DNA of 64,000 nt from Octopus sinensis (GCF_006345805.1 NC_042998.1:81468001-81532000); one strand, 5' to 3'. Shown: positions 38,713 through 52,874, counted from the first letter of the stretch. A program made the numbers and translations. The notes: generated from the sequence alone by a model not told the origin.

Positions 38713-39585
38713 GACGGGCTTCTTTCAGTTTCGGCCAACCAAATCCACTCACAAGGCTTTGGTCGGCCCGAGGCTACAGTAGAAGACATTATCCCAAGTT
38801 TCCACGCAGGAGTACTGAACCTGTAACCATGTGATTGGAAAGCAAACGTCTAACCACACAGCCACGCCTGCGAGTGTAGTTTTTTTTGTGTTGCTTTTTT
38901 TAGGAAACGAGACGAAAATACCCATTAACATAGTAGAGTGTAAATGTTCAGTTCTATTAACCCAGTGACCCATTACTCTGGAGTTTTCCCGTTGCGTATC
39001 GTCTTCCTGAGATAATAAGAGACTGAATAAACTACATCATCCCATAACTATAGCGACGGAGAGATCGAATCAGACGACTTGATGATTTGACAGTCTGTTT
39101 TTTTAATTGAATTAGAAGAGACGTGAAAGTGTGTGTAAACATTCATGCACAAGTAGAAGCTGATACCGGAGTCGGGTCGGACTTGAACGAAGAAATGAGA
39201 GAGGAGAAGATGAGAAGAGTGAAAGAAAGAATGAAAAGTGAAACGAGGAAGAATGGAAAAAAAGACACCAAGAACTGAGAAGAGAAAACAGAAGCAGAGA
39301 TAAGAGATAGATAAAGGAATCGAGTGTGTCCACACACGAACATACAGATACAATTACATACACATAAACGAACAAGCAAGAAGACTGGCTGCAGCTCAGC
39401 AGTTGATTAGTTAGGCACGTAATACTAAAAGCAAAAAGAAGAAAAAAAGACTGCGAACAGAAGAAAAAAGCACACACATAGGCGTATATGCGCATACATA
39501 CATACCTGCAGGTGGGCGACAATAGAAGTATTAAAGCTGAAGGAATGGTTTGCAAAAAGGAGTTAAGAAGTGAGAAACACAGATA

Positions 39586-39634
<49 letters not shown>

Positions 39635-39789
39635 ACACACAAACGCAGACACACACACACACACACACGCGCACATACAAAACAAAATCGTATGTTGATG
39701 CACGTAGACACAAATGTAAGCAAGGGAGCAGGGAGTGAAAGAAAGCTGGCGTGAGTCAGCTCCTTCAACGGCGCAAAATATTACAAAAC

Positions 39790-41790
39790 TAAACTTGAAA
39801 TAAATTTAAAATAAAACTACCGGAAACCATTCTTTCAATAGCGGCGTCAGGATCAGATAATGATAATAATAATAATTTTCTGCTGCTTTAAATAAAGTAT
39901 ATATATATATATATATCAACAAGGTGGCTCAAAAATATGTTTACAGTTATTCAACTATCTCTTTCGCATTCCTATATTAACAGTTTAGATCAGAGTCGCA
40001 AACTTAAAATCAAACTTTTATGCTAAATTTCAATAGAAAAAAATACACCTTTCCCCCCAAAAAGATGATGCGAAATAAGAAAAGAAAAATGCTAAAGACC
40101 AATTATATCTAAAAGCATAATTTTTATTTACATTTATATTTAGTTTCTTTAATTATATTCAACACTGAGAAATAATTTCTTGAATTTCACTGATTTGATC
40201 ACTTTCAGCTGCAATGCCTAGATCTTGACTTCTGTATACATTCAAGGTCCCAATCTTGCTAATTATGTCTTTTGGAATATCGAAGATTTGCCACATTTGT
40301 CATATTTTATAGACAATATTGATCTAAGCATAGGAAGAGGTATTTTGTTTTTCAATTTTGATTTGATTACACCCATACTACTGAACAACTGTTCAACATC
40401 TGCATTTGAGTTTGACAATATTTGCGAATATTATTTTCTTCAGTGGCTGTTAAAATCTTCTGGATAATCATTTCTGCTATGTTTCTCACAAACCTATAGC
40501 CTAAGCTTGCTTTAGGATCCAAACTTTTTCCAATCGAAGCATCAGGATCAAGAGGATCATTTCTACATTTTGGCAACACTATCATATCAGCAACAGATTT
40601 GATCAAATTTGAAGTAATTTTGTTTTGTCGACAGTGTTTGATTCAAACAGTTTATTCACTTCCTGAACATATTTTAAGTTTGGATTCAAAATTAAAATGT
40701 AAAGTTCGTTCCTAGAATCACAAAGCATTTGTGCTATAAAGTATTTTCCTATTGTAGTTGTAGTTTGTAGGTGAGTTTGCAATTTAAGTGATTGGTTTAA
40801 AATTCTATTTACAGTTAGTTCTATTGACAGCCACTTAATTGTACAAGAATTCACAATTTTCAAAAGCTCCTTATCAGTGATAGCAAAGTAAAGTTGTTTG
40901 TTTTGTAGAAGAATGAGAGAACCATTTATAGGTTTCGGATACGAAAAATTCTAAATTTATGGGCAGGCAGTCAGTACAAGATTACGATACTGCCAATTGG
41001 AAAGGATAGCATACATTCTAAATAGAAGTAATGATGGAACTGCTTTTAATTTCTGGAAAATAACATTGTTGACTCCCATCATTACTCTTGCATTGTCGGT
41101 TCCTATAGTCAGCACATTTTTTATATCTAATTTCTTTTTTGCTAATTCAATTTTTAAAGGCATCTACAATGCCATCTGCATCAGGTTTCTAAAGATACCA
41201 TATTGAGATGTGTACGACTTTTTTGTGAGTGTCACTGTAATATATGATAACAACTTTTAACAATTTGTTTATCGATATACCATTAGATTTATTTAATAAT
41301 AAGCTAACTTTTTAATCTCCTATATCAGAAAGCAAATCTCCATAAAAATATGGAGCTAGAATATTTCTCATAATATTTTGCACATTTTGTACGATGCAAT
41401 TTCACTTTGGACATAATATTATTCACTATCAGACATATAAATTTTACATAACTCTATTAAATGATCACAGCTATTAAATGATGAGTGGCAACAAATAAGC
41501 ATTGCTAAATTTGCTTCAAGCATAGATGTCTTATCATTTTTGGTTTTAATAAAATTGGTAAGAGGAATCATTTACTGTGGAGTTGATGCCTTATGTTTCC
41601 TTTTTTCACAGTGGCTGACTAAAAGAGAATATTTTGCCAACATATTACATCTACAACATCTGCGGCATGCTTTAGATATTAGTCACTAGGTGCTTCACAC
41701 ATCCACTTAGTAAACGCATCTTAAGCCATTCCTTGCGGAATTTTTGCTGGTACAACTTTGGATTTTCTTTGCTCACTATAATGTAGTGGG
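39790..41790 (-). pseudogene. hAT-superfamily transposase remnant
   Basis: YQQKFRKEWL..C..C..H..H zinc finger; IGTDNARVMMGVNN; KWLSIELTVNRIL; many stops and frameshifts; terminal repeats not identified. Confidence 0.8.
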
Positions 41791-41817
41791 AAGCAGGAAA
41801 ATAAATTGAATGATTAA

Positions 41818-42234
41818 TCTCTATATATATAAAACTGAGAATGTGTGTCTATCTGTCTGTCTGTGTGTTTCCCTAAAACTTGATAACTACGCAATCAATT
41901 TCATTAAAATTTCACACGTGCCTTACATAGGGTCCAGGGAGTGTCATCGGCAATTTTTTTTAAAAACGTTTTGCCTAGGGCGAGCCCACAGTAATATCAT
42001 ATCTTCTCCACTCTGATTCCCTAAAACTTGAGAACTACAGAACAAGTTTCATTCAAATTTTACACATGCCTTACTTAGGGTCCATGTAGTATCATGGGCA
42101 AAAAATGTTTAACTTCTTGCCTAGAGCGAGCCCACAGCAGTATCATATCTTCTCCACTATTTCAGTATTACATGTTAAAAGTGAAACAATAACATCTTTC
42201 TATTGTATGTATATGGATGTATATATATATATAT

Positions 42235-42268
<34 letters not shown>

Positions 42269-43374
42269 ATATTATATATATATATATTACAAAATATAAA
42301 GTTATATCTTGAGATCGTTAGTGACAACAACGCTCAAAATATATAACAGAGTGGAATAGTAGTGCTCAAATGAGCTGTATACACTTTTTAATCCGAGCGG
42401 AGGCAATGCGAGCAGCAACTACAAAAGCACTAAAAAATCCACAGAAAGATCAAATACACACATATATTCATATATTAATTAATATCTACAGAACAGACAT
42501 AAAACCCGACGTTTAGAAATATATAATAATATATAAATATATATTATGGTGAATATGTTTTTCTTGTTGCATCAGAAAAAAACAGCGGTGGTGCCCCAGC
42601 ATGGCCGCGGCTTTCGGGCTAAAACATTTTTAAGGATTTAAGGATTTATATAAACTTCATATAAAAATATATTGTACGCATAAGATCCACTCGACGTTCC
42701 ATAAGAAATTTAGAAATAAATATTGTAATAAAAGTTAGCGGTAATAATAACAATTGAATTAAATATAGTAAATATAGTAAGTAGTAATTAAATATATTTT
42801 ATTTTATTAAAATGGTAATTAAATCGTTATATAACAATTAAAAGAATAAATAGCAATTTGTATAAAATGTATCAAGGACTTGAACTCGAATATGTGGCTT
42901 TGCATGAATGGGAGAAATTAAACGATGAAAAATTTAATTCAGTGCAGGAGTGAATTAGTCCAGATAGAGATGTGCTCATACCATTTACTGTAGCTGCTAG
43001 ATTAAATTATATGCTTATAAAGTAGCATTCAGTATCTATGAGAATTTTGGGGAGTGCGTAATGTCTGGTCTTTCGCATGTAGCAGGTATGTAATTGTGCA
43101 TTTGTTTCCGTGTACTATGTGTTGTGTGTAAAAAACATCCTGACGAGAGGAGTGTCAATTTTAAATATATAATATGCTTCATATTAATTGATACATCTCC
43201 GAAACTTTTATGTATTTTTGTAAATTTGTATATTTATCTTCTATGTATTTTTCTCTGGAATTTTAATTCGTCTTTTTAATATGTCATTGTATGTTTTATT
43301 ACCCCAAATTTTTAATTTAACAAATTTATACCAAACTAGCACCATGACCCGGCAACGCCGGGTCATAATGCTAG
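41818..43374 (+). mobile_element. Non-autonomous Helitron (1.56 kb) inserted just upstream of the hAT ORF
   Basis: A|TC start; hairpin atgacccggc-aac-gccgggtcat (43344-43366); CTAG|T end; internal tandem module of ~120 bp (cctagrgcgagcccacag..tcatatcttctccact twice). Confidence 0.85.
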
Positions 43375-43964
43375 TAAAAATATAAAATTGAAAACACAAC
43401 CTATCAGTTTGCCGCTAACAATTCTTTCATTCGCCGTTAACAATTCTTACGTTTGCTGCTTGTAAATTCTTGAGGTGAAGAATACTGATTCACTATGCAG
43501 AGTGGCCAATTTATAAACGGAAAAGTAAAATCTGCAGAAATCCTAAAACTGTGTTCTGATATAAACCTGGGAACATCGTATTTCGCTTTCACTCTTACAT
43601 TTAATATCTACATCCAAAAATATAACTACAATAATTGAAAAAAAGAAAAAGAAATATAAAGGGGGAGATTCCTCCACCCCCGTTCTTCGATACAAGATAT
43701 ATAATCCAAAACAAGTATGGAAAAATACAGGTCTATTTTAAAACAGTCAAACTGAAAGTTTATCAGTCAACCTGTCATGATAAAAACTTATCGCTACAGA
43801 ATAAAGCATTGTTAGGACGAATTTCCATGCTTTTATTCTTTACAACATATTTACATTATTCTGTAGTTAGTTCAGGTGCTGACATGAGATATCTTCTCCC
43901 CCTCCTCCCACCAGCACCACTCTGTATCCAGGCCGGAGGTCTGATCTCTCTATCTCAAATGATT

Positions 43965-44055
43965 ATGCCATGTCTGTTTATTGAGGTTTTCACTGGGACA
44001 TTCCACCAGTACTCCTTTATATTATGAGTGTTTATGGCTTCTCTCTCTCTCACTA
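43965..44055 (-). pseudogene. Small RLE-retrotransposon fragment, same family as 7779-8347
   Basis: EAINTHNIKEYWWNVPVKTSI. Confidence 0.6.
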
Positions 44056-44086
44056 TATATATATACATAGGATGCATATATGTTTC

Positions 44087-44142
<56 letters not shown>

Positions 44143-44149
44143 ACAAAAC

Positions 44150-46036
44150 ATTCGAAGAACCTAACTCTCTATAGAGAAGACTGCGGAAAAAAGTAAGGAA
44201 ATAAGGAACATTGAACTACACCTCAAAATGTCTTATGAACAGGAAACTTCGTTAAAAGAATGCCGAGCAGTGAAAAATATAAAAGCTAATCCTAAGTTCT
44301 TTTTCCACTTTGCTAAACAAAAATTGTCAACACATAACCGGATTGTCCCACTAACGGACCAAAATGGATCATATACAAACGATTCATCATAAATATGCGC
44401 AACAGTGATTTCGCTCAACCTATGATTGAGAAAATAGTGCATAATCCAAAGGAATTCTTTGATCCCCAGAATTCAACTGCACAGGCACGTCTAGAGATTT
44501 TAAATATACTGCAAGAAGACATAGTTACAACTACTAATGCTCTAGATTCAAATTCAGCATCAGAACCTGATGGTCTCCCAACCACACTATTGAAAACTTG
44601 CAAAACAGCCTCGCCAATCCATTAATGTTGTTACTTCAAAAGTCGCTTGAAACCAGCATATTCCAAGAACTGTAGAAAGAAGCAGCAGTTATGCCTGTCC
44701 ATAAAGGAGGTAGCAGAGTTGAAGCAAAAATTACAGACCTGTTCCTCTCATATGTCACGCAGCTAAAGTTGTAGAACGCATTGTCTGAAAAAGAATAACT
44801 GCATATCTTGAGGAAAACAACTTCTTAGACAATACGCATCATGGTTTTCGGACTGCGCGAGGTTGCCTGACACAACTATTACAACACCATAACACTATCT
44901 TGAATAATCTCCAGAATGGAAAGGACACTGATTGCATATTCCTTCATTTTTCTAATGCGTTTGACAAAATTGATCATGGAATCATCTGTCATAGGATAAG
45001 GAATCTTGGCATATTAGGAAAACTTGGAGAATGACTCTTTGACTGCCTAAGGCTTATAAATCAATATGTTGCTGCAAACGGTTATCTCTTAGCAAATCAT
45101 CCGTTATAAGTGGTATAACACATGGTACGGCTCTAGGACCATTATTATTTATAATAACCATATCAGGCATAAGCTCACAAGTGCAATCGGCCAACCTAAT
45201 GATTTACGCGTTGACACAAACATATCATTGGCGATCCAAACTCTAGAAGTTGCCATCACACTCCCAAAATGGCCTAAACATCATTTATCAATGGGCGGAT
45301 AAAAATAATATGAGATTTAATACACCTAAACAGACCCTTCATTATGGGGGGAATAAACACAAATTCCAATATTTGGTGCAGAGTAATACAATGATCCAGA
45401 GCACTGACGATATGCAGGATTTAAGAATAGTTATGTCAAATGATGCACCTTTCATCAGTCGCATGACCAAACAGACCTTTAAATGCAGACATCTCATAGG
45501 ATGGATCCCACGAATCTTCAGGACAAGAAAATCGGTAGTTATGCTAACTCTATGGAAAACCTTTAATTCTGAGCAGATTATCTTACTGTTCACATATTTG
45601 GTCTCCAAATTCACCAGGTCTCATAGAAGAAATTAAAAGGTTACAAAGAACATTCACCAGTAAAATAACTTCGGTTAATGGCCTTAATTACTGGGAACAC
45701 CTGAAAGCTTTGCGTCTCTAATCTCTTGAAAGCCGAAGACAGAGATATACTATTATATATGTATGGAGGATCCTGGAGGGGCATGTTCCAAACATCGGTA
45801 TTAAAGCCAATTGTAATCCTCGAACTGGTAGGTACTGCCAGCTTCAAACTCACGAGCGAAAACACTCTACTGTACCAGTCTAATATTCAGAGGTCCTCAT
45901 GCATTCAACTGCTTACACAAAAAGATTAAAGATATAAAAGGGAAGTCTATTGAAACTTTCAAAAAAGCATTTAAAAATTAAGCCTGTGCTCCAACATGGG
46001 TGCAGTTCGGCGACCGAAACCGTTAAAAGGATAAAA

Positions 46037-46040
<4 letters not shown>
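44150..46040 (+). mobile_element. Older degenerate CR1/L2-group LINE (tether + RT + tail)
   Basis: AVKNIKANPKFFFHFAK..PDGLP..HKGGSR..NYRP..HGFR..AFDKIDH..LGPLLF..ERYTIIY.WRILEG.VPN; many lesions. Confidence 0.85.
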
Positions 46041-46083
<43 letters not shown>

Positions 46084-46104
46084 TCTAAGTATATAGATTA
46101 AAGA

Positions 46105-46262
46105 CATGAGTGGCTGCGTGGTAAGTAGCTTGCTTCCCAACCACATGGTTCCAGGTTTAGTCCCACTGCGTGACACCTTGGGCATATGTCCTCTACTATA
46201 CCCTTGGGCTGATCAAAGCCTTGTGAGTGGAATTGGTAGATGGAAACTGCAAGAAGCTTGTC
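46105..46262 (+). mobile_element. SINE family B, 5' half
   Basis: gagtggctgcgtggtaagtagcttgc..gtgacaccttgggca. Confidence 0.85.
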
Positions 46263-46345
46263 ATATATATATACATATATATATATATATGTATGTATGT
46301 ATGTATGTATATATGTATGTATGTATGCATGCATGTATGTATGTA

Positions 46346-46383
<38 letters not shown>

Positions 46384-47238
46384 CATCTGTGTGTGTTTGT
46401 CCACGCGCGTGTCTTAGCACATTGTAAATTTTATAGATGTCACAAAACATTACGGAAGGAGCTATAGTTTATACGATCGCTCGCTCGCTTTGTAATATAT
46501 AACAAGTGTACCCCCGAATTACACTCTTCTGTCTTAAAATTAAACACGTTCGTTTGTAACGCACAACGTACACTGTGAATTATAAAGAGAGGACATGGCC
46601 ACTCCTATATTTTCTTTCAATATGCATTAACTCGATTAAAGCAGATATGGATATTATAAATTTTATACGTTCTTATTAAAGAAACGGAAACTTTTCATGA
46701 CGTGTCTCTACAGGTACAAATCCACTCAAGGTTTCGGTATTGAATACAATTTGTCTCCATATCTCTTAAAGGCCATCGAACTGAACTGAATTCACTACTC
46801 CGATGAGAAAGCACGCTATTAATATCACAGTACATTTTCTATATATAAACACACCTTATATATTAAATCATGTATGTTTGTGCTAGTGTATATAAACATT
46901 GCTTTCTGTATAATGTAACAAACAAACTACCATTCCACACCCTCACGTACATTCACAATCACACTCATACACACACGCACACACACGCACGCACACGCAC
47001 GCGCGCACACACACACAAACACATACACACAACCAAACACCCGCCCACATACCCACACCCTTGCACTCAAACGTCTTCGGAATATTCTGGTGTTAAGATT
47101 TCCCAACGGTTATGTATTGCAATCTTTTGATTTCTGCAATTTATGTGATAAATACACATGCACACACACACACACACACACGCACAAACACACACACGCA
47201 CACACATATATATATGTACACGTGTGTGTGTTTGTGAG

Positions 47239-47291
<53 letters not shown>

Positions 47292-47299
47292 ATATAGTG

Positions 47300-47835
47300 A
47301 GATTTTCGAAAAAGACAAGAAAGCAAAAGACGAAGACGGGTATTTAAACAACAAACAGATGTATTAAATTAACGCTCGGGAAGTGAGAAAGTCTTTGACA
47401 TTTCGAGCGTACGCTCTTCCACAGAAATAAACAGGGAGAGAAAATAGAAAAAGTTTTAGTGGCTAGCGATCTATCATGGCGAATGCCGGACAGAGAAGTG
47501 GAGATAATAAAGTAGTGGTAATCCGAAAACGAAGGTGCGCATGCGTGAGTACATGAGAGCAAGTATGTGTGTGTGGAAGGGGGCTGATGACATTGACGTG
47601 TGCGTGCGTGCATGTGTAGGTGCGTGGATGTTGGTGTAGGTGCCGGGAAGTGGTCAGTACGAGTGTGTGCGCTTTTATGGGTGCTGGGAAATGGTCAGTG
47701 CTAGCGTGTGCGGGGTGGTTGTGTGGTGTGGTGTGGTATCGTGGTGTAGTGGTGTGTGATGTAGTGGTGTTGGAGTGTGGGATAGATGAGAGTGGGGGAA
47801 GCAAGGGCGCGGTCTAAGGGATGGGGTGTGGGCTG
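47300..47835 (-). repeat. pLTR-like element related to the 5' region of the PLE at 3750-3960, with HHR H10 at 47392-47428
   Basis: AUUU-CUGUGGA-A-GAGC(GUAC)GCUC-GAAAU-GUC-AAAG; flanks align with 3770-3960. Confidence 0.78.
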
Positions 47836-47841
47836 GATGGA

Positions 47842-47879
<38 letters not shown>

Positions 47880-48405
47880 GCGAATACGCCTATAAATACC
47901 GGTGTGCACAGAGTGAGAGCGAGAGAGATAGACAGACAGACAGAAGGAGAGAGTGAAGGAGAGAAACGGAGACAAAGAAAGATACGTATACTATTCATCT
48001 GCCATGATCTGCTAACTCGAAATCGTGAATAATGAAATCCTGCTAAAATAGTTATTTTGAAATGTGCATCTACTTTATGTTGCTGACATAATATTGCCGA
48101 TCAATGTAATTTCGTCTCCAACATTAACTGATCTGACATATGCAATATGGCTGACCTCATATTACTAACACTGTTCAGTTCAGTGTATTTATAACTGATT
48201 AACTTTACATGGTCAATTATTAGTTTCTCAATGGAAGCGGATATCCGTTTACTTTCCATGTTAAATCCGCCTGACTAGATTTTCAAGTTTATATCACGTG
48301 GTACGTGTGGGTGTATGTGTGCCTTTCCAGATATCGTACATTGTTGTTCACATCCTTATACATTCGACTTCTAACATAATCTCATATAACTTCCAGATTT
48401 ATTCC

Positions 48406-48454
<49 letters not shown>

Positions 48455-48652
48455 GTAGAAAATATTTTAGTGGGAAAACACACGTGGTGGATGTAAGTAG
48501 AGAGAGAGAGAGAGAGAGATAATATGAAAAAACACAGATTTGTTTTGCAGGACTTTAGAGTATATTAGAGTCATGATAATAAAGTTTTACAATTTTGTAC
48601 AAACTAAGGTTTTGTTCTTTCAACATAATTGAGGTAATAATATTTCATTCTC

Positions 48653-49080
48653 CGGTTTGAAGCGACAATTTTTAAATACAAACAAATGATTGACAAATGA
48701 TGAGCTAACCCCAGCCCGAATCGAACCCAGAAATCAACGCTACCATAGCTCCTTATGCATCCGATTGGGACAAACGCTCACCCATCAATTTCAGTGAATA
48801 TATACTTAAACTGTCTAATACGACATAATATATTTGTAAACAAACGCGAAAGGTTTTGGAAGTTACGGAGAGAAAGAAACTATGGAAAACTCATAGTAAT
48901 ACTAATTGTATAATGATATATCATAATACATTCTCCGATTTGAAACGACAATTTATAAATATAGTCAAATGGAAAAAAAATGATGGCTGAAATTGATGGG
49001 TGAGCGTTTGGCCCAATCGGATGCGCAAGGAGTCGTGTTAGTTTTGATTTGGCTGGGGGTTATCTCATCATTTGGTTAGG
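48653..49080. repeat. Inverted pair of a tRNA-like repeat (48690-48795 minus; 48985-49075 plus), each next to a direct repeat ccgrtttgaarcgacaatt
   Basis: Minus copy has tgtcccaatcgg (A-box-like) and gggttcgattcg (B-box-like). Confidence 0.55.
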
Positions 49081-49816
49081 ATAACATTTATAGCTCTTTC
49101 ACTCTGTTCTCTTTTTGGTAAAATTGCGTTCATCTCGTTCCATGTAACAGACAACATCAGAATAATTTGAACTTTACCAGACGAATATTGACAGGAGACT
49201 GAAGGTTGCCATGAGGAAAAGGAAAAAAGGAAGGAAAGAAAAAGAAAAAGGGAAAAGTTCCATTACGTCTTTAATCTTACATTTTTGCATACTTAAAAGA
49301 TGGCACGTGTACGTACAGTTGCCTCACGTAAATGAATGGAGCGGTTAGTGGTGGAAATAACCAGTTAACCAGCGGGGTTAGTCGAAAGAGATATACCTGG
49401 TAGTAATATCCAGTATCATTAATCGTAACAAATAACGCTGTTGTTACATGTTGCTCAATTTCTTCTCTTATTGTTTGTATATATCTATATATTCTTGTTA
49501 TTTGCAATTGGGTAGAATTTTCTTCGCTTGTTTTATTTATTTGTTGTCGAAGATATTCGGTTGCTTCTCTACTAAAATTTAATGCTCTTAGCTTAGACAT
49601 TTTAGAGCTAGCCATATTTGGACAGTCTCAAGTGTAACTGGCTGAAACTGTAAGGATGATCTGGAAATTGACTGAAGAGAGAGGGCTGCAAATGAAACAT
49701 CGTTGTTTTTTCCTGTCCGTCTTTTTCTTGTTCTTCTTGTCCGTCATTGTGTCGTCTATCTGTCCCGAAGTTTTATTGTCGTCTGTTGCTTTCTTGTTCC
49801 ATCTTTTGTATATATA

Positions 49817-49882
<66 letters not shown>

Positions 49883-49961
49883 CATAAACAATTGCAGCGT
49901 GGAAGGTGTTTATAAGCCATTAAGAAACACACAAACACACACACACACATATATATATACA

Positions 49962-50085
49962 TATACACAACGGGCTTCTTTCAATTTCCGTCTACCAAAT
50001 CCATTCACAAGGCTTTGGTTGACCCGAGACTATAGTGGAAGACTTGTGGTTGGGAAGCAAGCTACTTATCACACAGCCATTCCTA
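49962..50085 (-). mobile_element. SINE family B, 5' part with deletion
   Basis: acgggcttctttcaatttccgtctaccaaatcc..gcaagctacttatcacacagcc. Confidence 0.8.
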
Positions 50086-50091
50086 CGCTTA

Positions 50092-50131
<40 letters not shown>

Positions 50132-50138
<7 letters not shown>

Positions 50139-50410
50139 TAGAGGATTGACTACTAAAAGTGGACAGCCTGTATACAAGAAATAGAGGTCAAAATCGCCAA
50201 TTTCCACGGAGAATGTGTTCTCAAGAAATAATTTCAACAAAAGACCAAAGCGTAAAAATAAGCAAGACAAATTTTTACGCTTATTTTTACGCTTTGGTTT
50301 TTTGCTGAAATTTTTTCTTGAGAACACATTCTCCGTGGAAGATGGCGATTTTGACGTCTATTTCTAGTATACAGGCTGTCTACTTTTAGTGGTCAATCCT
50401 CTAAATTTTG
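50132..50410. mobile_element. Fold-back MITE (~130-bp arms, 15-bp centre) at TA
   Basis: aaaatttagaggattgac..agcgtaaaaataagc / gcttatttttacgct..gtcaatcctctaaattttg|ta. Confidence 0.85.
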
Positions 50411-50518
50411 TATGTAACCAAAAAAAAAATTTAATCTTCGGATTTTTAAAAATATACTAGACCACTGATTTTAATTGATTAATATCAATTTCTACCCTTA
50501 TTCAATTTCATATACATA

Positions 50519-52663
50519 CTAGCAGAGTTACCCGGCCCGAATTACATACAATTGAAGAATTAGACTTTTCTGTTATATTTTCTGTAATGAACTGGAATAC
50601 CTATGTTTTGAATTTCATCAAAATTGCAGATGAGGGTTATTTCTCTCTTTACACACCTAAACAAAATTGTAACCGTGCTACATGTATCCCATACTACTGA
50701 TTTTTATGCGCATATTCCAAAATTCCAGTTTTATTGAACCTGTTAAAAGGATTTTGCTCCTGAAAAATGGAGGTCATGGAGCTCTAATATGTGACAGTTA
50801 ACGCCCCTATTGGGGGTGGGCATCTTAATGTCAACCAGAGAAGTTGAATTGTTGAGAATCTTTTTAACTTGGGTCTTATATCTATTGTTTGAATTTCTTA
50901 GAAATAGTAAATATATGTTCACTGGGTTTGTAAAAGGGAACAAAACTACAGGAAACCAAAAGACGAATGATCACAATAAGCAGTCAGATACAGTACCCTA
51001 GTCGTTACCACTCCCAATGTAGTATTCCTCACCATGCAGGTGACAGACATAGCCGTAAGATGCTTTACGAATCTATAGCAATTGGAAGGGCGTGACCCAA
51101 CTGAAATCAACATTAACAACTGTGTGACGTGAGGGCTAAGGAGAAATGAAAGTTGGAGTTTGCAAATGGCCACTATACTGATACGTTACTGGACAGAATA
51201 AATATACAATCTATAAACGTCTTTGAATAACCAGTCACTCATCTGGGAAGGCCTTGAAATCAATGTTACCATGTGGGGACTATGTGTGACCCAGTGATAA
51301 TAAAAAGACTGAAAGGAGATCTGCAATCAAATAACTTTACTCAACACTTTGCAACTGAATCAGTGGAGGCAAAGATGCCTCTCATTTACTTGCCAATTTA
51401 TGCACCACATTGCAGAAATCACAATCTAAGTGTATGTCAAAGCAAACTCTTACACTGTTGTACCATTGAATTACAAATAATGCTCATCTTCTATGCTCGG
51501 ATGACCCCACAGCTTCCAAGAGTACAACTATTCGTCTTTGCTTAGATAAAATGACAAAATTGTGGGTGTTAAGTCCCCATGAAAGGGTCTTTCTAACTTC
51601 TAAGATGAAATTTTATAAATATTACTTCATTTGTATCTAACATCTATGGTTAAAATTTCATCATCAGCAAAACTATATGAATTATCATGGGGGTTGTGGC
51701 CCTTATGCATAGAATATAATTTCCAAATTTCGTAAAGATCCATTCAGTACTTTTGACTTAGTTTTGGATCATAAAAGAAATTTGTAAAGGTAACTGGTTG
51801 CTTCTTTACACTTTTGGGGTGCAACTTTGGTGCAACACAATTTCCTTTCTTTTTGTTTCTAGAAACTACCAGTCAGGAACGAAAAGCAAGTTTAGAAATA
51901 TATAATTCTTTATTCTCTTATACAAAAATGAAACACGATGGTATACTGGTATCCATTCTTACAACAATTCAGCAGCAATAGATAGGTTAAATCCCAAGCG
52001 TCTGGGACAGGAGAATAGGTTGATCACACGTATGAAAATACGTCCTTTCTCTTCGATCGCTGTGCCTCAAGTCCCCGAACGCTATTAAGGAACGCTATAG
52101 AATTTATTCTTCAGTCTCTAGCGCATGTGCGTGGGGAAACTTCCTTATGCCTTTCCAGAAGGTTCCAACCCCGCACACGCACACTGAAGAAAGACGTTCC
52201 GCACACGCACACTGAAGAATGACGTTGCGTGTGCGCACACTGGAATATGACGTCACTACAAATTACTAAAATTTGGGAGTTAAGGCCCCCATTAGAGTGT
52301 CTTAGAATCCTCATGTGAAGTGGAAACTTTGAGAATAGTTCTTGATGTGTGTCAATTACCCGTGGTTGAAATTTCATCAACATTAATGAATTTTCATAGG
52401 GGGTTCTGCCCCTTTAAGCCATCTGAAATTCAAACCAAACATATTGCATTATACCCACCCGTATGCATTGAATCTAAGTTTCAAATATCATAAGGATCCA
52501 TTCAGTAATTTTGGTCCATGAAATTGTATGTAACACACAGCATTACCCTTCTCCCTAGGCTTCGATTTCGTGTTCCAAATTTCATTACGATCGGTGCAGC
52601 AGTTTTCGAATGTATAAGTAATACACGAACACAAAGACATTGTCTTTGATATAATAAATATGA
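50519..52663 (-). mobile_element. Long non-autonomous Helitron-like element with internal cargo
   Basis: CTAG|T end at 50519 with ccgggtaa subterminal motif; Lep1-like 5' block (caaatttcattacgatcgg..acacaaagacattg) near 52575-52663; about five internal aatttcat/aaagatccattcagt modules. Confidence 0.55.
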
Positions 52664-52731
52664 ATGTACACATATACATACATGTATATATATACATATA
52701 TATATATATATATAATATATATATATATATA

Positions 52732-52769
<38 letters not shown>

Positions 52770-52874
52770 ATTATATATATATAATATATATATATATACA
52801 CACACACAAAGATAAATTGAGAGATACAACTGAGTGGGCAAACAAAAATATGAGACACAGCGTAGTGCTTTTTC

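Noticed and set aside
39100-39290. Possible exon after ttgaattag (..VEADTGVGSDLNEEMREEK..)
   Set aside because: Runs into purine-rich low complexity and a stop with no donor; unsupported.
43497-43510. cagagtggcca as the hAT terminal repeat
   Set aside because: Wrong orientation for the right end of the 39.8-41.8 kb element, and no matching left copy.
49668-49715. CUGAAGA..GAAACAUCGUU HHR-like trace
   Set aside because: Stems I and II do not pair.
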